Shown in pieces: positions 56,198-64,000 of a stretch of DNA of 64,000 nucleotides. The notes beneath the pieces are model-generated. The model did no database searches, was not told the origin of the DNA, and was given only the letters and a program-made list of their open reading frames with translations. The position numbers and the translations under genes are program-made. The stretch's first letter is position 1, and the number at the start of each line of letters is the position of its first letter. The DNA comes from an uncultured Alphaproteobacteria bacterium (GTDB lineage: Bacteria > Pseudomonadota > Alphaproteobacteria > Rhizobiales > Hyphomicrobiaceae), in contig CAVRVR010000009.1 in assembly GCA_963724595.1 (NCBI GenBank), forward strand, positions 76,819-140,818, given 5' to 3'.

Positions 56198-57145
56198 CTA
56201 TGAACGTGGATGGGCTGCGTCATATACGGCCAGCAGCCGATCGCGGTCGACCTCGGTATATGCCTGGGTGGTCGACAGGGATGCGTGACCGAGCAGCTCC
56301 TGGATCTGCCGCAGGTCACCGCCGGCCGACAGCAAGTGGGTGGCGAACGAGTGGCGCAGGGCATGTGGGGTGGCCGTCGGGGGCAAGTCGAGGGCCTCGC
56401 GCAGACGCTCCATGGCGAGCTGGATAAGACGCGGGGAGAGCGGGCCGCCCTTGGCGCCCCGGAACAGCTGCTCGTCCGGCTCCAGAGGATAGGGGCAAAG
56501 CTTCACGTAGCGGGCAACGGCCTCGCGCACCACGGGGAGCACCGGCACCAACCGCTCCTTGCCGCCCTTGCCCATAATCCGCAGAACGTCGCGATCGGGC
56601 GTCGGCGCATCCTTCGTCAGGATGCTCAGCGCCTCGGCGATGCGCAGGCCCGAGCCGTAGAGCAGCAGCAGCACGGCGGCATCGCGGGCGAGAATCCAGT
56701 CGAGCTCGGCGCCAGGGCCCGGGTCGACGACACCGCCCGCCTTGGCGACAGTCAGCGGCTTGGGCACCGAATGCGGCACCTTGGGCATGGCGAGCTGCAG
56801 GATGGCGCGGTTCTCGACGAGGTTCTGTGCGTCGAGCCAGCGGAACAGTTGGCGCAGCGCCGACAGTGACCTGGCCAATGAACGGCTGACGGCGCCAGAG
56901 CGGCGCCGTGCCGCGAGGAAGCCGCGGAAGGTCTTGAGGTCTAACCTAGCCAGGTCGGCGAGGCACGGCGGGTAGCCGAGCTGGGCCGCGATGAAGCCGA
57001 GGAACTGGCGCACGTCGCGCGCGTAGGCTTCGAGGGTCTTGTCGGCGTGGCCGCGCTCGTGACGCAGGTGCGCCAGCCAAGCGGCGACGGCGCGCTCGAG
57101 ATCGGCGCTCAGTGACAGCTCGAGTTCAGCGAGTTCTTCCGACAT
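56198..57145 (-). CDS. xerC: Tyrosine recombinase XerC
   Basis: LYGSGLRIAE, GKGGKERLVP, TPHALRHSFATHLL, QELLGHASLSTTQ.YT; conserved lpdA-xerC-priA neighbourhood. Confidence 0.92.
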   Translation of the reverse strand: MSEELAELELSLSADLERAVAAWLAHLRHERGHADKTLEAYARDVRQFLGFIAAQLGYPPCLADLARLDLKTFRGFLAARRRSGAVSRSLARSLSALRQLFRWLDAQNLVENRAILQLAMPKVPHSVPKPLTVAKAGGVVDPGPGAELDWILARDAAVLLLLYGSGLRIAEALSILTKDAPTPDRDVLRIMGKGGKERLVPVLPVVREAVARYVKLCPYPLEPDEQLFRGAKGGPLSPRLIQLAMERLREALDLPPTATPHALRHSFATHLLSAGGDLRQIQELLGHASLSTTQAYTEVDRDRLLAVYDAAHPRS

Positions 57146-57181
57146 CGAATCGAAGCTAGCCGAATTCGACGCCGCAAGCCG

Positions 57182-57515
57182 TTAATCGGCGTCGTCGGGC
57201 TCAGGCCGCGTCGAGGCCGAACGCAGCCGAGATTCGAGCGTGTCGATGCGGTCGAGCAGCTGCAACGCGAGCGCGACGCCGGCCAGGTTGACGCCGAGGT
57301 CGCTCTGCAGCCGCCGGGCTTTCTCGACGCGTACCACTGTCGTGGCGGCAAAGCGCCATTGCGGGCGGCCGGGGCCACGGGGCTCGATGACGCCCTCCTC
57401 GACCAGCTCCATGACCCACTCGGCGTGTACGCGGCAGGCACGCGACAGGTCGGCGAGGGTGATCTCCTCGGCATCGTCGAGAATGACGACGGATTGATTC
57501 GGGGTTTGCTGGCAT
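57182..57515 (-). CDS. cbpM: Chaperone modulator CbpM
   Basis: [10 protein letters not shown]...[13 protein letters not shown]...WRF...[23 protein letters not shown] reads into the stop at 57182; the ATG at 57515 is one base out of that frame, implying an indel near the 5' end. Confidence 0.85.
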
Positions 57516-57519
57516 CGCT

Positions 57520-58493
57520 CTACACTCCCAGGCCGGCGCGCGGGTTGAACGGAAGCTCGCGCTCCATCTGCTGGTAGATTTCCTTCGCCTTGTCCGTGTT
57601 CGCTGGCGGCAGCTCTATTTTCAGGACGGCGTGCATGTCGCCCGGCGGCGTGCCGGGTATGCCGTTGCCCTTGAGGCGCATGGTGCGTCCCTTGGTCGAG
57701 CCCGGCGGGATCTTGAGCATCACCGCGCCGTCGGGCGTCGGGGCTTTGACGCAGGCGCCGAGCGCGGCTTCCCACGGCGTGACGGGCAGGTCGAGGTAGA
57801 CGTCCTTGCCCTCGACGCGGAACAGCGGGTCCGGGCGCGAACGCCACCTCGAGATAGAGGTCGCCGGGCTGCCCCTTGCCGATGCCGGGGGCGCCCTGGC
57901 CCGCGAGGCGGATGTGCTGGCCTTCGCGCACGCCCTTGGGGATGGTGACGTTGAGCGTGCGGTCCTTGACCGTCGACGTGGCCCGTGTCGTCGACCTCGG
58001 GCATGCGCAAGCGTGATCGAGCGCTTGGCGCCGGTGTAGGCGTCGCGCAGGTCGATGACGACCTTGGCGTGGTGGTCCTCGCCTTGCGCGTTGAAACTCG
58101 CGCGGCCCGAGAAGCCGCCGCGAGCCGCCACCGCCACGCCCCCGCCGCGCATGCGGCCGAACAGGCCTTCGAAGAAGTCGCTGAACTGAGCGGAGTCGGC
58201 TCTGGTATAGCCGCCGCCGCTGAACTCGAAGCCTTGCGTCCCAGTTCGGCGGCGGACGGAAGTCCTGCCCCTGCTTCCAGTTGGCGCCGAGCTCGTTGTA
58301 GGCCGCGCGCTTCTCGGGATCCTTGAGAACCTCGTAGGCTTCGCCGGCGTCCTTGAACTTCGCTTCCGCGCCCGCTTCCTTGTTGACGTCGGGATGATAG
58401 GTGCGCGCGAGCTTGCGATAGGCGCGCTTGATGTCGTCCTGGCGTGGCGTCGCGCTCGACGCCGAGGATCTTGTAGTAGTCCTTATATTCCAT
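57520..58493 (-). CDS. cbpA: Curved-DNA-binding DnaJ-class chaperone CbpA (about six indels)
   Basis: [20 protein letters not shown] (HPD), [34 protein letters not shown] across frames. Confidence 0.88.
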
Positions 58494-58729
58494 GGGGCAA
58501 CGCGTCCCTCGAGGCGGATGGGCTGCGAGCTTCGCAGCCGGGCCACCATAGCGGGCGGCTCTCGATCCCCGGTTAATCTGTGGTATCGGCAAGGAATATT
58601 GTCGCTGCTGCGCGCCGATCAATGGCGCGGACGCAGCTTACCGCCAGCGCCGCCTTCGGGGTCGCCGCCCCCAACGCCTAGGCTCACCGTTCGATTCGTT
58701 GCGTCCGCTTAGGGGTAGTCTCGCGCCCG

Positions 58730-60957
58730 ATGCACAGCCTGTTCGAGCCGCTGGAGAGCGAAGCGCGCACCGGGCACGCTGCGGCGCCCGTCGTGCTCGC
58801 CGTCGCGCTCGACCAGACCTACGACTACCTCGTGCCTGAGGACGTCACGCTGGAGCCGGGCTGCTTCGTGCTGGTGCCGTTCGGGCCGCAGAGCCGCATC
58901 GGCGTCGTTTGGGACAAGCCGGTCGGTGATACGGGCAAGGCCGTCGATCCGCAAGAAGCTGAAAGACCATCACCGCGCGTCTCGACGTTCCGCCGCTGCC
59001 GGAGCTCACGCTGCGCTTTGCCGAGTGGATCGCGCGCTACACGCTGGCGCCGCTCGGCATGATGGTGCGCATGATGATGAGCGCGCGCGCCGTCTTCGAG
59101 CCGGTGAAGCCGCGCTTCGGCGTGACGCTGGTCGCAGGCGCGCCCGAGCCGCCGCGCATGACGCCGGCGCGCAGGCGCGCGCTGGAGGTTGCCGCCGACG
59201 GGGCCATCCGCGCCAAAGCGGCGCTGGCGGTTGCGGCGGAATGTTCCTCGGGCGTCGTCGACGGGCTCGTCGCGTCCGGCAACCTCGTCGAGGTGGCGAT
59301 TCCCGACAAGCGCCCGCCGCTGCCCGATCCGCACCATCGTGCCACGGAGTTCAAGGCCGAACAGTCTGCGCGCCGTGCACGCGCTGCGCTCCGCAGTCGA
59401 CGGCGGAAACTTCTCGACCACGCTGCTCGACGGCGTCACCGGCTCGGGCAAGACGGAGGTCTACTTCGAGGCGGTGGCGCGCACGCTGGAGCGCGGACAC
59501 CAGGCGCTGATCATGCTGCCGGAGATCGCGCTCACCGATCAGTTCATGCGCCGCTTCGAGGCACGCTTCGGCTGCCCGCCGGTCGAATGGCACTCGGCAC
59601 TGTCGGGCCCCGAGCGCGGCCGCGTTTGGCGCGCGGCGGCAACGGGCGAAGCCCGCGTCATCGTCGGCGCACGTTCAGCGCTGTTCCTGCCGTTCTAGGA
59701 TCTCGGCCTCATCATCGTCGACGAGGAGCACGACGCCGGTTTCAAGCAGGACGACCGCGTGCACTATCAGGCGCGCGACATGGCCGTGGTGCGCGGCAAT
59801 CTCGGCGGGTTCCCGGTCATCCTCGCTTCGGCGACGCCGTCGATCGAGACGCACGTCAATGCGCGCACCGGGCGCTATCGCCACGTCGTCCTGCCGGGCC
59901 GCTTCTCAGGCGCATCGCTGCCCGATGTCACCGCCATCGATTTGCGGCAAACCCCGCCCGACAAGGGCAAGTGGCTGTCGCCGCCGCTCGTCGAGGCGGT
60001 CGAAAGAACATTGGGTGACGGCCAGCAGACGTTGCTGTTCCTCAACCGCCGCGGGTACGCGCCGCTGACGCTGTGCCGCTCGTGCGGCCACCGCATCGAG
60101 TGCCCGCAGTGCACGGCGTGGCTGGTTGAGCACCGCTTTCGCGGCAGGCTGCATTGCCATCACTGCGGTTTTCCATCCCGCTGCCGGAGAAGTGCCCCAA
60201 GTGCGCCGAGCCGGGCTCGCTCGTTGCCTGCGGACCGGGGTTGAGCGCGTCGCCGAGGAGGTGGCGGAGCGCTTCCCGGAGGCACGCGTCGCGCTGCTGT
60301 CGTCCGATCTCGTGCCCGGTCTGACCGAGATGCGCGAGATGATCCGCTCGATCGAGGCGGGCGGCATCGACATCGTCATCGGCACGCAGATGGTCGCCAA
60401 GGGCCACCACTTTCCGCAACCTGGCGACGGTCGGCATCGTCGACGGCGACCTCGGGTTGGCTCAGGGCGCCGATCCGCGCGCGGGCGAGCGCACGTTCCA
60501 GCTTCTGCATCAGGTGACGGGCCGCGCCGGCCGCGCTTTGGCCGAGGGCCGCGGCTTCGTGCAGACGCACATGCCCGATCACCCGGTGATGGAGGCGATC
60601 ATCTCAGGCGATCGCGAGGCTTTCCTCGAACGGGAAATCGCCAGCCGCCGCAAGGGCCTGCTGCCGCCGTACGGCCGGCTCGTCGCGCTGGTCGTCGCCG
60701 CGCGCGACAAGGAGACGGCGCAGATCGTCGCGCGCGACATCGCCCATCGGGCGCCGCGGTCGGAGAAGATCGAGGTGTTGGGACCGGCTGAGGCGCCGCT
60801 CGCCGTCATCCGCGGGCGGCATCGCTGGCGGCTTTTGGTCAAGGCGCCGCGCGAGATCGACGTGCAGGCCTACTTGCGCGCCTGGCTGAGCGAGTTGCCG
60901 CCACTCAAGGGCGACCTGAAGCTCACCGTCGACATCGACCCCTACAGCTTCCTCTAG
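58730..60957 (+). CDS. priA: Primosomal protein N' (several indels and an in-frame TAG at 59696; probably sequence errors)
   Basis: [38 protein letters not shown], four Cxx[25 protein letters not shown]. Confidence 0.93.
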
Positions 60958-60978
60958 TCACTCCGAGAACCTAAATCG

Positions 60979-61100
60979 AAAATAAAATGGGCCGGACCTG
61001 GGGGGAAGGTCCGGCCCGGACTGGCGCGAGGGTGGGAGCGCACAGTCAAAATTCCGATGCGTTCTGCCGAAGGCGGGCGGGGGGAGCGCGCGAGGCAGAC
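60979..61100 (-). ncRNA. Candidate 3'UTR-derived RNA of three hairpins with C-rich loops, ending in a terminator
   Basis: Minus strand: UCUGCC..GCG-CUCCCCC-CGC..GGCAGA; GACUG..CUCCCACCCU..CAGUC; GGGCCGGACCU-UCCCCCC-AGGUCCGGCCC-AUUUUAUUUU. Confidence 0.5.
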
Positions 61101-61109
61101 CCGCAGCGG

Positions 61110-61421
61110 TTAGCGGCGCGAAGCCTCCGAAGCGATGATGCCGAGCATCAGGGCGGCGGCGCCGATGGCGATGTACTTGCCGGTGTTGTTCTTTTTCCTG
61201 TAGTGGCGGGCGTAGTAGCGGTCGCGGCCACCACGATAGCCGTCGTCACGCCAGCCGCGATCATCATGACGCGAGTAGGAGCGGCCGCCGTCATACCCAC
61301 CGCCGCGATAGCCGCCGCCGCCGTAGTCATGGGCGCTGGCCGACGTGGTTACGGTGCCGAGGCTCGCCGCGGCGAGCGCGACGGCGGTGGCGATCGAAGT
61401 CAGCTTACGCGAAATGGTCAT
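61110..61421 (-). CDS. Small exported Gly/Tyr/Arg/Asp-rich protein with C-terminal hydrophobic helix
   Basis: MTISRKL...ASA signal peptide, low-complexity middle, IAIGAAALMLGIIA tail; AAGGGGAAG RBS. Confidence 0.8.
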   Translation of the reverse strand: MTISRKLTSIATAVALAAASLGTVTTSASAHDYGGGGYRGGGYDGGRSYSRHDDRGWRDDGYRGGRDRYYARHYRKKNNTGKYIAIGAAALMLGIIASEASRR

Positions 61422-61772
61422 TTGTCTTCCCCTTGCCCGGTCTTTTAGTGCGTTCTGCCGGTTGCCTCTCCGGCGATGAGGGGCATTCAATACTTCTTGG
61501 GCTGAACCCGTTCTGAAGGGGACGTGCAGCTTCCGTTCATCTTGAAAAACAGCCCGGAGCCCGCTGTATGCGGCATTCCGGCGCCTACCTGTTGAAGCCC
61601 CGTTGAAGCCCTGCGCGGTGCATGTTAGAGAACCGGCGCACTATCAGGGGTGGCGGGGCAGCAGGGCTCACGGCCGCGCTTCGTGCGAACGAATTTCCTC
61701 AAAGCGGGGGAGGGTGCGGGCAAGCCAATCTGCCCGGAGCCCCCGTATTGGCCGCCGGCGAGAGCGTTTGAA

Positions 61773-62333
61773 GTGGCAACGGACAATCAAATGACGTCGG
61801 GTGTTTCGGGGCGCTACGCTTCGGCGCTTTTCGAACTTGCCCGCGAGCAGAACGAACTCGACAAGGTCGATCAGGACCTCGGCAAATTTCAGGCGATGCT
61901 CGATGGTAGCCCGGAACTCAGCCGGCTCGTGAAAAGCCCGGCGTTCGCCGCCGAGGAGCAGGAGCGCGCCCTCGGCGCCGTCATGGACTGGGCGGCCATC
62001 GGTGCCACGACCGGCAACTTCCTCAAGGTGGTGACGCGCAATCGGCGTCTGTTCGCCGCCGAGGACATGATCAAGGGTTTCCGCCAGCAGCTCGCGCTTC
62101 ACCGCGGCGAGATGGTGGCTGAAGTGCAGTCGGCGACGCCGCTCAACGACGCGCAGCTCGCCGCGCTGAAATCGACGCTCAAGGCGTCCTACGGCAAGGA
62201 CGTGCGTCTCAACGCCAAGGTTGACCCCTCGCTGCTCGGCGGTCTGGTGGTCAAGGTCGGCAGCCGCATGTTCGATTCCTCGCTGCGGACGAAACTGATG
62301 AACCTGAAAGTCGTGCTGAAGGGAACCGGCTGA
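61773..62333 (+). CDS. atpH: ATP synthase F1 delta subunit
   Basis: SGRYASALFELA, NRRL, VDPSLLGGLVVKVGSRMFDSSLRTKL. Confidence 0.95.
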   Translation: MATDNQMTSGVSGRYASALFELAREQNELDKVDQDLGKFQAMLDGSPELSRLVKSPAFAAEEQERALGAVMDWAAIGATTGNFLKVVTRNRRLFAAEDMIKGFRQQLALHRGEMVAEVQSATPLNDAQLAALKSTLKASYGKDVRLNAKVDPSLLGGLVVKVGSRMFDSSLRTKLMNLKVVLKGTG

Positions 62334-62343
62334 TCGAGCGACG

Positions 62344-62371
62344 GGCCGCAGGTAATCCTGCGGCCTTTTTT
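62344..62371 (+). terminator. Terminator-like hairpin between atpH and atpA
   Basis: GGCCGCAGG-taat-CCTGCGGCC-TTTTTT. Confidence 0.6.
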
Positions 62372-62439
62372 GCAAGAGGCCGGTCGGCGCCGGGCGCGCC
62401 CCGCACGAACGACGAAGCGCTGTAAGGGAAGAGACAATT

Positions 62440-63972
<1,533 letters not shown>

Positions 63973-64000
63973 GCGAACCGGCTCCAGCGCCGCTCGTAGG

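Noticed and set aside
56198-57145. Phage or island integrase
   Set aside because: Sequence and lpdA/priA context fit housekeeping XerC; no att sites, tRNA or cargo genes.
57182-58549. 455-aa CbpA-CbpM fusion ORF
   Set aside because: A chimera of frames produced by indels; cbpA stops at 57520.
59696-59698. Amber recoding (pyrrolysine or TAG reassignment) in priA
   Set aside because: TAG is the normal stop of dnaQ, ccmC, ccmG, sulP, sdhD, sucD and priA itself; the site is a variable position in an error-rich stretch.

Overview
GC-rich alphaproteobacterial chromosomal segment (Hyphomicrobiales; the PqqA sequence and gene set suggest Hyphomicrobiaceae, an inference). It is mostly housekeeping: ppsR'-maf-aroE-coaE-dnaQ-secB-fxsA-timA-mltA-smr, tesA/ybbAP, yccA, dcp, acnA, ccmABCD-ccmG, beta-carbonic anhydrase/SulP/nhaA, pdxK, the ethylmalonyl-CoA genes mcl2-mch, sdhCDA...sdhB, zapE, mdh-sucCD-sucAB-lpdA, xerC, cbpAM, priA and atpHA. 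I saw no rRNA, tRNA, CRISPR array or transposase. About 20 single-base indels break conserved genes and look like long-read errors; five sit at GANTC (CcrM) sites. Features missing from the ORF track include an orphan pqqA (36846-36935, -) inside a ~5.5 kb block that splits sdhA from sdhB, a 54-aa histone-H1-like peptide (41966-42130, -) just downstream of a GNAT acetyltransferase, ccmD, and three candidate structured RNAs with C-rich loops. The GNAT + histone-like peptide + structured 3'UTR unit and the pqqA-containing insert are the best candidates for undescribed biology. Both are hypotheses.
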